From contig CALWKE010000001.1 of the NCBI GenBank assembly GCA_944381185.1, positions 456,939-520,938 of the forward strand: 64,000 nucleotides of DNA, given 5' to 3'. This document shows positions 19,948-29,062 of this stretch, piece after piece (the first letter of the stretch is position 1; every line of letters begins with the position of its first letter). This stretch comes from an uncultured Clostridia bacterium (lineage in GTDB: Bacteria > Bacillota > Clostridia > Christensenellales > UBA1242). Made by a program: the position numbers and the translations under genes. The notes under the pieces were generated by a model, which saw nothing but the letters and a program-made list of their open reading frames with translations, was not told the origin of the DNA and searched no databases.

Positions 19948-20886
19948 TTAATCAAACAAACACCTACAACCAAGTATGCCCGCATCGTTTGCAAGTGTTG
20001 CCGTTTTAACTTTTACTTTGAACCCCGCATGACGTGCATAGATATGATTATTAACATATTCTTCAAGTGGGGCGGTAAGTTTTGACCTTTGGCTTGAAAC
20101 CGCACCGCCTAAAAGTATTAGTTCAGGCTTAAAAATGTTGACCAAGTTAACAATGCCGTCCCCAAGATTTTTTATAAACTTATCAAACACTTGCCTTGCT
20201 GTTTCGTCACTATTAATGTATTCAAAAACAGTTTTTCCCGTAACTGTGTTTAAATCGTAAGTTTGCCACATGAGTGATTCAGGGTGTTTTTTCATTGCGA
20301 GTTTTGTTTCACGAACAAGTGCCTTTGTGCTTGCGAGTGTTTCAAAACAACCAAATTCTCCGCAAGTGCACTTGATTTTTTTGTCTGTAATTTTCATGTG
20401 TCCAATTTCGCCCGCATAATCACTGTGGTCAGAAATAAGCTTTCCGCCCATAACAACACCACCGCCAATACCCGTTCCGAGAGTGAGCATAACAAAATTG
20501 TCTGTTTTCTGCCCCGCACCAAAGTGCATTTCTGCAAGTGTTGCAATATCGGCATCATTTGCAATTTTTATTGGAATGTCAAACACCTTTTCAAGTTCGC
20601 TTTTAAGTGGATAATTTTTTAGTTTTAAATTTCCTGAAAACCCCAACACTCCATTTTTGCTGTCAATAAGCCCCGGAAGCCCAATGCCAATACCAAGAAC
20701 ATCTTTTGCTTTTATTTTATTTTCCTCTAAAAGCGAATTAATTATTTTTATTATACTATTTGCCAAAAAATTTGGTTTATCAGGAATTGTTTTTATTTTT
20801 TTTGTACATAAAATATCGCATTTTCCATCAATTATGCCTGCTTTTATATATGTTCCACCCACATCAATGCCAAAATAATATTTCAA
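19948..20886 (-). CDS. glcK: ROK family glucokinase
   Basis: YYFGIDVGGTYIKAG, LGTGIGGG, CTCGEFGCFE zinc motif. TTG at 20886 is preceded by AGAGGTGAG. Confidence 0.8.
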   Translation of the reverse strand: MKYYFGIDVGGTYIKAGIIDGKCDILCTKKIKTIPDKPNFLANSIIKIINSLLEENKIKAKDVLGIGIGLPGLIDSKNGVLGFSGNLKLKNYPLKSELEKVFDIPIKIANDADIATLAEMHFGAGQKTDNFVMLTLGTGIGGGVVMGGKLISDHSDYAGEIGHMKITDKKIKCTCGEFGCFETLASTKALVRETKLAMKKHPESLMWQTYDLNTVTGKTVFEYINSDETARQVFDKFIKNLGDGIVNLVNIFKPELILLGGAVSSQRSKLTAPLEEYVNNHIYARHAGFKVKVKTATLANDAGILGCRCLFD

Positions 20887-20967
20887 AGCACTCACCTCTA
20901 AAATAATAATAACATAAATTTCAAAAAAAAGAAAATTAAATAATAAAAAAAGAATTAACAAATTTTG

Positions 20968-21855
20968 TTAATTCCTTGCCAAAATAAATTCTACAAACTT
21001 TTTTGGTGCATTTGAAAGTGAATCAGGAAAGTATCCACAATAAATGTCTAGTTTTGGTGTTGTGAAGGTTGTTTTTAATTTTTTTAGTGTTCCATTTTTA
21101 AGGTCTTCACGAATATAATCTTCTTGAACATAGCCAACACCATTACCCTTTTTAACAAGTTCAAGCATTGTTTCACTTGTCCAAGACTCAATTATTGGAT
21201 TGATTTTTAAATCGCTTACGGCATTTCTTAAAATTCTTATTTCTTCAGAATTTTGCGAAGAGATAATAAGTGGCAAACTTGAAATAGAGTCAATGCCCAG
21301 TGCCTTATCAGTGTAAAACTTATCAGAAGTAACAAAGCAGTGTGAATAAGAAGTCAAATATTTTATTTCAAGTTTAACTTTGTCAGTAACGATTGGTGAA
21401 CTATCAAGCATGATATCAATGTTTTGAGTTTGAAGCATACCAACAAGTTCAGACACCGACCTGCTTACAATTTCAATTTTTATGTTAGGATATTTTTGAC
21501 GAAATGCTGTCACAACATCTGCAAGATACATAACTGAAATGTATGATGGCGAACCAATTTTAACAATACCTGTTTTGAGCCCTGCCATATTTGAAATTGT
21601 GTTTTCGCCCTTCCAAATTGAATTGAATGCACTTGAAATATATTTATAAAGAGTTTCGGCTTCACTTGTTGCACTCATGCCATTTGCCTTTTTATAAAAC
21701 AAACTTATGCCGAGTTGCTTTTCAAGTTCTTTTATGTTGTGGCTGACTGCTGGTTGTGAAATGTAAAGAAGTTCTGCCGCTCTTGATATATTTTGAGTTT
21801 CATAAACAACCAAAAAACTCTTATAAAGGTTATAATTAATATTAGAAAATTGCAT
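20968..21855 (-). CDS. LysR family transcriptional regulator
   Basis: HTH NISRAAELLYISQPAVSHNIKELE. SD GGAGAA favours the ATG at 21855. Confidence 0.85.
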   Translation of the reverse strand: MQFSNINYNLYKSFLVVYETQNISRAAELLYISQPAVSHNIKELEKQLGISLFYKKANGMSATSEAETLYKYISSAFNSIWKGENTISNMAGLKTGIVKIGSPSYISVMYLADVVTAFRQKYPNIKIEIVSRSVSELVGMLQTQNIDIMLDSSPIVTDKVKLEIKYLTSYSHCFVTSDKFYTDKALGIDSISSLPLIISSQNSEEIRILRNAVSDLKINPIIESWTSETMLELVKKGNGVGYVQEDYIREDLKNGTLKKLKTTFTTPKLDIYCGYFPDSLSNAPKKFVEFILARN

Positions 21856-21939
21856 AATTTTTCTCCAAAATAAACACAACCATTATAAATAAAATTTAAA
21901 AACTTGTCAATAGGTATAAACAAAATTTATTTTGCACAT

Positions 21940-21972
21940 AAAAAAATAGAGATTTTTGAGTATTTTCTCTAT
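21940..21972 (-). terminator. intrinsic terminator downstream of folD
   Basis: ATAGAGA (21946-21952) pairs with TCTCTAT (21966-21972), with a T-run on the minus strand. The loop is rather large (13 nt). Confidence 0.55.
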
Positions 21973-22072
21973 TTTTTACTATTTTTTATTAATTTTTATA
22001 AATTTTTGCGTTTTTTGTTATGCAATAACTAAAACAATTTTTTAAATTACTAATTTTCTTAACCAGCAATTA

Positions 22073-22906
22073 TCAATTATTCTCTTTCATATTATCAATC
22101 GCTATTGATGCTTGAGATAGAAGTGACGCAATTGTCATTGGCCCAACCCCACCCGGAACAGGTGTGTAATGACTTGCCTTTTGGTATGCCAAATGGTCAA
22201 CATCTCCAACATTGCCTTCATTGTAGCCAGCATCAACAATAACTTGACCTTCACCAAACCACTCTGCATTAACAAATTCTGCCTTGCCTATTGCAACAAT
22301 AACAATCTTAAAATCTTTAACCATATCTTGAAGATTAAGCGTTCTTGAATGAGCCACCGTTACAGTTGCCCCCGCCTTCATAAGCATAACGGCAAGTGGA
22401 AGCCCAACAATTTGGCTTTTGCCAATCATCAACACCTTTTCGCCAACAAGGTTTATTTTATATTCTTCAAAAAGTTTCATAATTCCAAGTGCCGTTGCAG
22501 GAACAAACATCTGCCTGCCCTGTGCCATAAGCCCAAAACTTTCTGCAGATAATCCGTCAATATCTTTTTGATAAGGAATAAGATTGAAACATTTTTGCTC
22601 ATCAATATGTTTTGGAAGAGGGTGCTGAATCATTATTCCCGCATATGCTCCATCATCTGCAAGTTCTTTCACTTTGTTTTCAACTTGCTCTTGAGTTGCG
22701 TTTTCATCAAAATGAAAAACATCACAGCCAATGCCAACATATTCACTCTTTTTTTTCTTCATGTTGCAATATACCGCCGAACCATAGTCATCGCCCACCG
22801 AAACTATTGCAATCTTTTTATCTGTTGGCTCTTTTTCAAACTTTGCCTTCAATTCTTCAACAATCTTTTTTGATGTTGCCTTTCCATCTAAAACTATATT
22901 TTCCAT
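22073..22906 (-). CDS. folD: bifunctional methylene-THF dehydrogenase/methenyl-THF cyclohydrolase
   Basis: PLPKHID, GKSQIVGLPLAVML, TPVPGGVGPMT. The start lies 2 nt after the thyX stop. Confidence 0.9.
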   Translation of the reverse strand: MENIVLDGKATSKKIVEELKAKFEKEPTDKKIAIVSVGDDYGSAVYCNMKKKKSEYVGIGCDVFHFDENATQEQVENKVKELADDGAYAGIMIQHPLPKHIDEQKCFNLIPYQKDIDGLSAESFGLMAQGRQMFVPATALGIMKLFEEYKINLVGEKVLMIGKSQIVGLPLAVMLMKAGATVTVAHSRTLNLQDMVKDFKIVIVAIGKAEFVNAEWFGEGQVIVDAGYNEGNVGDVDHLAYQKASHYTPVPGGVGPMTIASLLSQASIAIDNMKENN

Positions 22907-22908
22907 AC

Positions 22909-24249
22909 TTACTCCAAAGTGTCAAATTTTTGTTTCATTTCTGCCTGCTTTCCACAACAGAGTCTGCCTTCTGGGCAAACGCCAAAGGTGTAACAACTTG
23001 GACCATACATTTTAAACATCTCTCTGTCTAGTTTTTTGAGTTGCCTAATCATCTCTGTTGCTAAATTTCGAATTTCCCACTGTGCTCTGTTGCAGGTTCG
23101 AAGATTTGCAATATGCAAAAGTTCACGAGCATTTAAGGTTGTAACAAAATCAATCGCCGTTGCATGTGGAGTTACATAAATCATCAAATATGGGCTAACA
23201 TTTTGTTCAACAAACTTGTTATAAATTTTTCTATTTTCCTTTATTGCCCTTTCAAAATCTGCCTTAAGTTCGGCATTTTCTGCAATGCTATCAGGCATAA
23301 CAAACTTGTTTTTGCCTGCCATAACAAAGATTGGTTCAGTTGAAAGTGCTTGCATTCTGTGTCTTGTGTAATGCTTTAAAATAATGAGTGCAAAGTTTTC
23401 AACTTTAAATGTGTAGTTAAAGTGTTCAAGCATCTTTGAAAGTTTGTCATCATGAAGGGCTGTTTTGAAATCAAATTTTTGATAGCCACAAAACCTTGCA
23501 TACTCGTCAAGTTTTTCACTTGCATTTTCTGCCGACTGAACAAGAGTTGCCGTGTGCCTTACATATTCAATATCCTTGCATTTTTCAAAGTTTGCAGTTA
23601 TTGCATTTGAAAGGTCACTTGTGTAGCCACTTGCACTTGCTTCAACAAGCCCCGGATACCTTTCATCAAATTGCTCTTTTAGTTGCAGTCCTAGTGACTT
23701 TATTTCTTCATAATGACTGCCCCTGCCATAGATCATTGTGCAAATCACATGAATGAGTTCACGGGCATTAAGACTCATATAGATGTTGGTTTTAAGCCCA
23801 TAAGGAAGCACAAATCTTGCATCTTCAACAGGCACACCTGCCTGAACAAATTTATCATAAATTTTAAACATATTTTTATAGTGTTTTTTAAGCACTGTCT
23901 TTTGTTCTTCACTAAAACCATTTGGAAGATTGAACCCTGCTTTGCTGAAATTAACATATCTGCCCGACTTAATGGTATACGACGCAAGCCTAAACTCAAT
24001 TAAATATTGCTCAATGAAAATACTGACATTATTAAAAGCAATATTAAAATAGTGATGTTCAAGCACTGTTTTATGCCCTGAAGACACTACCTTTTTGATA
24101 AGGTTTAAATTTTTTTCTTTATCGGTTGCCTTTTTATAAAGTTCAACAGCACTGCCCGGTCTGGTTGAAATTCTGCCCCCACAAGAAACTATTCTTTCAC
24201 CATTTTTTGTTTCGCTTAAAATAAATGCACCCGTTTCATTATATTTCAT
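22909..24249 (-). CDS. thyX: FAD-dependent thymidylate synthase, internally duplicated (two ThyX-like halves)
   Basis: The N half has EFRLASYTIKSGRY and LNARELIH. The C half has TRHRMQAL and LNARELLHIANLRTCNRAQWEIR. SD GGGGGAT favours the ATG at 24249. Confidence 0.7.
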   Translation of the reverse strand: MKYNETGAFILSETKNGERIVSCGGRISTRPGSAVELYKKATDKEKNLNLIKKVVSSGHKTVLEHHYFNIAFNNVSIFIEQYLIEFRLASYTIKSGRYVNFSKAGFNLPNGFSEEQKTVLKKHYKNMFKIYDKFVQAGVPVEDARFVLPYGLKTNIYMSLNARELIHVICTMIYGRGSHYEEIKSLGLQLKEQFDERYPGLVEASASGYTSDLSNAITANFEKCKDIEYVRHTATLVQSAENASEKLDEYARFCGYQKFDFKTALHDDKLSKMLEHFNYTFKVENFALIILKHYTRHRMQALSTEPIFVMAGKNKFVMPDSIAENAELKADFERAIKENRKIYNKFVEQNVSPYLMIYVTPHATAIDFVTTLNARELLHIANLRTCNRAQWEIRNLATEMIRQLKKLDREMFKMYGPSCYTFGVCPEGRLCCGKQAEMKQKFDTLE

Positions 24250-24343
24250 AGTTTTATCCCCCAAATCGTATTAATAACATTTTAATAAAGTTACAGCTTT
24301 TCTGTCAATTTTAATATAAATCAAATTGAACAAATTTTTTGCA

Positions 24344-24378
24344 TAAAAAAAGAGAGCAACTTGCTCTCAATTTTTTTT
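24344..24378 (-). terminator. intrinsic terminator
   Basis: AAAAAAAGAGAGCAACTTGCTCTCAATTTTTTTT. Confidence 0.7.
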
Positions 24379-24697
24379 AGCTGATAAGACCAACGAAGTT
24401 TGACCATGTGCTTGGGAAGAACATGCAAACAACCACAAGTGCAATTGCAACATAGCAAATAATTCTAAATACTATGTTCTTATCTGCAACAAATTCAATG
24501 CCAACAAGTGCAACAACAACAAGTGGAGCATATTGTTCAATAACCACCAAAATGTTATAAACCGTTGGAGCATCTCCTAAAAATGGCCATTGTGCATTAA
24601 TGCAAAGAATCACATAAGCAATGATTGTGATGATTGCTGCAAAGCAACTGATGAAGTCAAAAACTTGTTTTCTTACTGATTTGCTGTTATCTACCAT
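24377..24697 (-). CDS. small membrane protein (3 predicted TM segments)
   Basis: SD AAGGAGA. 106 aa, hydrophobic. Confidence 0.55.
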   Translation of the reverse strand: MVDNSKSVRKQVFDFISCFAAIITIIAYVILCINAQWPFLGDAPTVYNILVVIEQYAPLVVVALVGIEFVADKNIVFRIICYVAIALVVVCMFFPSTWSNFVGLIS

Positions 24698-24720
24698 AAT
24701 TTTATCTCCTTGATATTTTT

Positions 24721-24749
24721 ATGATACAAAAATAAAAATCATTTGTCAA
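24721..24749 (-). promoter_or_regulatory. sigma-A type promoter of the small membrane protein gene
   Basis: Minus strand reads TTGACA (24744-24749), 17-nt spacer, TATCAT (24721-24726). Confidence 0.5.
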
Positions 24750-25172
24750 TTTTTAAAATAAAATAATTGTTAAATTTTTTAACAATTATTTTGCAGTTTA
24801 TGAAACAAGTCTGATTTCAGTGCATATATTATATTAGACCAACATTATTGGTCTAAATTAATTCACAAAAGACTAGGCTTATTTTAAGTAACATAAAAAG
24901 TTTCAAAAACTTGTTTGTGATTAATTTAAAAAATTTTCCATAGTCACAAAAAAAACACAATGTTTTCAAAGCAGACAAATTTGTCTGCTTTTTATAAAAA
25001 ACAAATTTTTGCACAAAATAAAAATATGGATAAAAAATCAACAACCTCATATCAAAATTTATATAACAGTGATTTAAAACACGTTGAAAAAAATTTAAAC
25101 AACTTTATTCAGGCAAAACGAGAGAATGCAAAACAAACAAACACCTATAAACAAGATTATTAAAAAGACCAC

Positions 25173-25200
25173 AAAAGCCACAGAAATTCTGTGGCTTTTT
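25173..25200. terminator. bidirectional intrinsic terminator
   Basis: AAAAGCCACAGAAATTCTGTGGCTTTTT. Confidence 0.75.
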
Positions 25201-25268
25201 GCATAAAATTTGATAATATTTATAATTTTTGCTATATTTTTTAATAATTTTCAGCAATTTTTGCGTTT

Positions 25269-27005
25269 TTATTTTAATTTTTCATCAATCATTTTTTCAA
25301 AATCGCTTTGAATCATCATATCGGCAAGTGGCATAATCAAATAGCCATTTAATTTTTTGCTAAATTTGTTAATAAGGGTTGCAACTGCTTGAAGTTCGTT
25401 TGACCAAACAAACCATTTATCAATATATTCCTTTGCTTTTGCAGGACTCTTATCAATTTGAATTCTAACAACTTCTGCCATCATTTTTCTTGTTGTTTCT
25501 TTTACCTTGTCAAAATCAAACCTAATCTTTCCGTCTGGCTGAAGAATAATTCCGCCCGCCGAAAATAGCCTATTCAAAATCATAACCGAACGCACTCTGT
25601 GAGCCTGACTTAAATCTGGCTTGCCCTTCAAAAAGTCACCTGACAGGCTTGACACAATAATCTCTTTTGACTGCTCATCGCTAAACACCCCTGCTTGAAC
25701 AAATTCATTCAAAAACGCATACATACCCATATCTGCTTTGAACTCTTCCATTATTGAACTATATTTGCCAAGCGTTGAATGTGCCTTTGGCCCAAGTGAA
25801 TGAGTGTTTTCATGACAGATAACTGCCCAATGGTCAGCATCAGGATTAAAAAATTTGAATTGGTCATCAGCAATTAAATTCTTATATAATTTTTTATTTA
25901 CACCAAATCTAACTTGCCTGTGATAAACATTTCTTCTTCCCCCACCAATTTCAAGTGAAGGCTTGTCATCGTTTGGAAGATTTTGTGCAAGCACCAAACT
26001 TGCCCTGTATGCTCCCTCGTCACCCGTGAGTGAAATAAGGTCAACATCAACAGCCGTTTGAGGAATGTCATCATGCTCTTCAAACTGCTCATACTCATCT
26101 TTATAAGGCATATATTTTGCAGAGATATCAATCAAACCTTTAAGTTTCTTCAAAAGTTTTGTTCCGTTTTTGTTGACAATACCAACTCTTGCACCAAGGC
26201 TGTCTTTGGCATAAACTGTTATGCCAGCCATCTGCAAGCGGTCATACAAAACCTTGTTTTCATAAATGGTCTTTGTAAGTTTTTCTTGATAACACTCCCT
26301 AGAAACCGTGAATTCAAACTTGCACTTGTCAAGAGTTGCCCAAACCTTGTCTGCCTTTGCATCAAGTTTTGGGTCAGGTGTTTCAAATGCCTGTGCCTGA
26401 AGTTCAAGATATTCATTAAATTTTTTGTCGGTTGAATGCTCTTTTGCAAGTCGAAGTTCTTTTGCAACAGACCTAAATTCATCAAAAGCCGAAACAAAGT
26501 CAATAGCTTTCAAAAGTTCGCCGTCACGAACAACAATACTTCTTTGATTAAGAATCTTTTTTATTTCTTCAATTTGCCCATTATCAAGCATCTTATTTAA
26601 AATGCTATGAAATTCGCTTTCAGTTAAATCTTCAGGAAAGTAGCCAAGCCCGTCTGTCTGCTCTAAATTTTTAACAAGTTTTGTTTGGTTGCCAAGAGCA
26701 TCAGGTGAAAACATGCTCTTTTGTGACATAAAAAGCCTTTTAGTAAGTTCGGCTTTTTTGTTACCTTTTTGAATTTCTTCATTTAAAAATTCAAGAAATT
26801 CCATATTATGATGATTTTCAAGTTTTAAATTGATTGTATCAAAATAACTTGCTGCCCGTGTTAAATGACAAAGCACCAAAAGGTCTTCTTTAGAAAGTTT
26901 TTTAACTTCTCGGCTGTCAATATTTAAAAACTTGACAGGTCTGTATCTTGACCTTGAAGTTCTGGTTTTTAATTCTTTTAAACTCATATTCAAAATAAAT
27001 TTCAT
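25269..27005 (-). CDS. putative zinc metallopeptidase, M49 (DPP-III)-like
   Basis: HENTH (HExxH) followed by EEFKADMG, the layout of the second M49 motif (EExxAD). SD AGAGG favours the ATG at 27005. Confidence 0.5.
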   Translation of the reverse strand: MKFILNMSLKELKTRTSRSRYRPVKFLNIDSREVKKLSKEDLLVLCHLTRAASYFDTINLKLENHHNMEFLEFLNEEIQKGNKKAELTKRLFMSQKSMFSPDALGNQTKLVKNLEQTDGLGYFPEDLTESEFHSILNKMLDNGQIEEIKKILNQRSIVVRDGELLKAIDFVSAFDEFRSVAKELRLAKEHSTDKKFNEYLELQAQAFETPDPKLDAKADKVWATLDKCKFEFTVSRECYQEKLTKTIYENKVLYDRLQMAGITVYAKDSLGARVGIVNKNGTKLLKKLKGLIDISAKYMPYKDEYEQFEEHDDIPQTAVDVDLISLTGDEGAYRASLVLAQNLPNDDKPSLEIGGGRRNVYHRQVRFGVNKKLYKNLIADDQFKFFNPDADHWAVICHENTHSLGPKAHSTLGKYSSIMEEFKADMGMYAFLNEFVQAGVFSDEQSKEIIVSSLSGDFLKGKPDLSQAHRVRSVMILNRLFSAGGIILQPDGKIRFDFDKVKETTRKMMAEVVRIQIDKSPAKAKEYIDKWFVWSNELQAVATLINKFSKKLNGYLIMPLADMMIQSDFEKMIDEKLK

Positions 27006-27130
27006 AAGCACCTCTAGTTTTATTATACACTAATTTTAAATTCTCTCATCAAAAATCACAAGCATATTTTGTAGATATAAAAACTTTAATTAAAATTTTT
27101 GCTAAAAAAAGAATGCTAAAAAAAGCACTC

Positions 27131-27535
27131 TTATTTTTTTCTTTTAATTTTTTTTATTTTTAAAACAACACTTGCAACAACTAAACCCAAAAGCAAAAGT
27201 GAAAAAATTAAAAATACAATATCAATAAAGAAAATCGAGCCAACAGCCTCTTCAACTTCTTTAAAGGTTTGAACCTGATTAAAAAAATACACAAATCCCA
27301 AAACGCAAACAACAAGTGCAACACACAAAACCACAAGGGTTTTTGTTTGCTCTAACAGTTGCCCCAAATTGTGCATAAAAATTTGAAGTTTTGTTTTTGG
27401 TTGAACAGGCTTAATGTCATTTGTTTCGCCCAACTTTTCTTGCTCATTTTCATAAACGAATTCTTGATTTCCACAATCATCGCAAACCAAAACTTCATCA
27501 CTTACAACTTTTCCACACTTACTGCATTTTTTCAT
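27131..27535 (-). CDS. zinc-ribbon membrane protein
   Basis: CSKCG-x13-CDDCG N-terminal ribbon and two TM segments. SD AGGGTGA. Confidence 0.5.
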   Translation of the reverse strand: MKKCSKCGKVVSDEVLVCDDCGNQEFVYENEQEKLGETNDIKPVQPKTKLQIFMHNLGQLLEQTKTLVVLCVALVVCVLGFVYFFNQVQTFKEVEEAVGSIFFIDIVFLIFSLLLLGLVVASVVLKIKKIKRKK

Positions 27536-27543
27536 AAGTCACC

Positions 27544-28140
27544 CTACATTTGTTTTCTATCAGAAATTGCCTTTGAAAGCGTAACTTCATCGGCATATTC
27601 AAGTTCACTTCCCATTGAAATGCCCTGTGCAATTCGTGACACGGTTACGCCTAGTGGCTTTAAAAGTTTTGCAACATACATTGCTGTAGCCTCACCTTCA
27701 ACATCAGGGTTTGTGGCAACAATAACTTCTTCTGTTTGATTTTCACTGACCCTTTTAAGAAGTTCTTTAAGCCTTATATCATTTGGACCCACACCTGCAA
27801 GCGGATTGATTGTGCCATGCAAAATATGGTATTGCCCTTTAAAGTTGCCTGTTTTTTCAATCGCCATGGCATCTTTTGGTTCTTTTACCACGCAAATAAC
27901 CTTGCTAGACCTTTCACGGCATATTTTGCAAGGGCTCTTTTCAGTATAATTTCCACAAATTGAACAAAATTTAACTTTTGATTTTACATCAAGAAGAGCT
28001 TCAGCAAAATTCTTTACATATTCATCACTTGACTTAATGATAAAATATGCGTATCTTTCTGCCGACTTTTTGCCAACGCTTGGAAGTTTAGAAAATTCAT
28101 TAATTAGCCTTGCGATTGGTTCAATGCTATTAATATCCAC
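27544..28140 (-). CDS. recR: recombination protein RecR
   Basis: LPSVGKKSAERYA HhH, CxxC-x12-CxxC zinc finger, Toprim region (VIVATNPDVEGEATA). The GTG start overlaps the ybaB TAG. Confidence 0.95.
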   Translation of the reverse strand: MDINSIEPIARLINEFSKLPSVGKKSAERYAYFIIKSSDEYVKNFAEALLDVKSKVKFCSICGNYTEKSPCKICRERSSKVICVVKEPKDAMAIEKTGNFKGQYHILHGTINPLAGVGPNDIRLKELLKRVSENQTEEVIVATNPDVEGEATAMYVAKLLKPLGVTVSRIAQGISMGSELEYADEVTLSKAISDRKQM

Positions 28141-28472
28141 TAAATTAAGCCTCCGAATGCACCAAGTTTTTCCTGTTTCATTTTATCAGCCTTTGATTTG
28201 GCATCATTGAATGCAGCAACAACAAGGTCTTCAAGCATTTCAACATCATCAGGGTCAACGGCTTCTGGCTTAATTGAAACACTAACCATTTCAAACTTTC
28301 CATTTATAACAACTTTAACAAGTTCGCCACTTGCACTTCCTTCAAACTCACTTTCATCAAGTTCTTCTTTTGCACGCATTGCGTCCTGTTGCAATTTTTG
28401 TGCTTGACGCATCATGGCTTGCATGTTTCCGCCACCGCCAAATCCGCCAAAACCACCAAATTTATTTCCCAT
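28140..28472 (-). CDS. ybaB: YbaB/EbfC nucleoid-associated protein
   Basis: MMRQAQKLQQDM-like core. AAAGGAGA SD favours the ATG at 28472. Confidence 0.9.
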   Translation of the reverse strand: MGNKFGGFGGFGGGGNMQAMMRQAQKLQQDAMRAKEELDESEFEGSASGELVKVVINGKFEMVSVSIKPEAVDPDDVEMLEDLVVAAFNDAKSKADKMKQEKLGAFGGLI

Positions 28473-28543
28473 AATAACATCTCCTTTCCACATTATTATA
28501 AAATTTATTTGTTATTTTTCAAAATATTTTTACACTTAATTTT

Positions 28544-29062
28544 TTAAATTATTTTTAATTTAGACCCAAGCAACATTTTTAACTCTTCAAGGTCTTTGCC
28601 GTCTGGCTGTTTTGTTTTTACTTTAAAAGTCAACTGCCTTTCTTCAAAAAAACTTGAAAGCACTTTGTTAAATTTTTCATTCTGTTCAAGTTCAACAAGT
28701 GAAGGGTCTTCGCCATAAATTTCAACAACACTATTTTCGACAAAAATCTTTTTTATTTGACGAGAAAGCATTAAAAGTGACATTTCTTTACTTTTTCGAA
28801 GATAACTTAACAGTTCGCCTAAAAGTTTTTCACCAAAATCAAGTTCTTCTGTGCTTTCAAACAAATTTTTGAGTTTTTCAGAAGCAAAAGGCTCAACCTT
28901 TTCGTTTGTTTTTTTGTTTTTTTCATCTAAACTTGTTTTACTCTCTTTGTCTTCTGACTTGATTTGTTTTTTTATCTCATTAACTTCATTTTTAAGTTCT
29001 TGAACAGCCTGAAAATTTTTATTGCCGGGGTCATTAGCTGGGAAAATTTTTAAGTTTTTCCT
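28544..29062 (-). CDS. dnaX: dnaX 3' segment (tau-specific linker plus C-terminal domain) in the +1 frame relative to dnaX
   Basis: The frame is open from the TAG at 29063-29065 and overlaps the last 9 dnaX codons. A K/E-rich linker is followed by LLGELLSYLRKSKEMSLLMLS...VEIYGEDPSLVELE, the usual Firmicute DnaX C-terminal pattern. There is no credible independent start or SD. Confidence 0.55.
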   Translation of the reverse strand, partial: RKNLKIFPANDPGNKNFQAVQELKNEVNEIKKQIKSEDKESKTSLDEKNKKTNEKVEPFASEKLKNLFESTEELDFGEKLLGELLSYLRKSKEMSLLMLSRQIKKIFVENSVVEIYGEDPSLVELEQNEKFNKVLSSFFEERQLTFKVKTKQPDGKDLEELKMLLGSKLKII

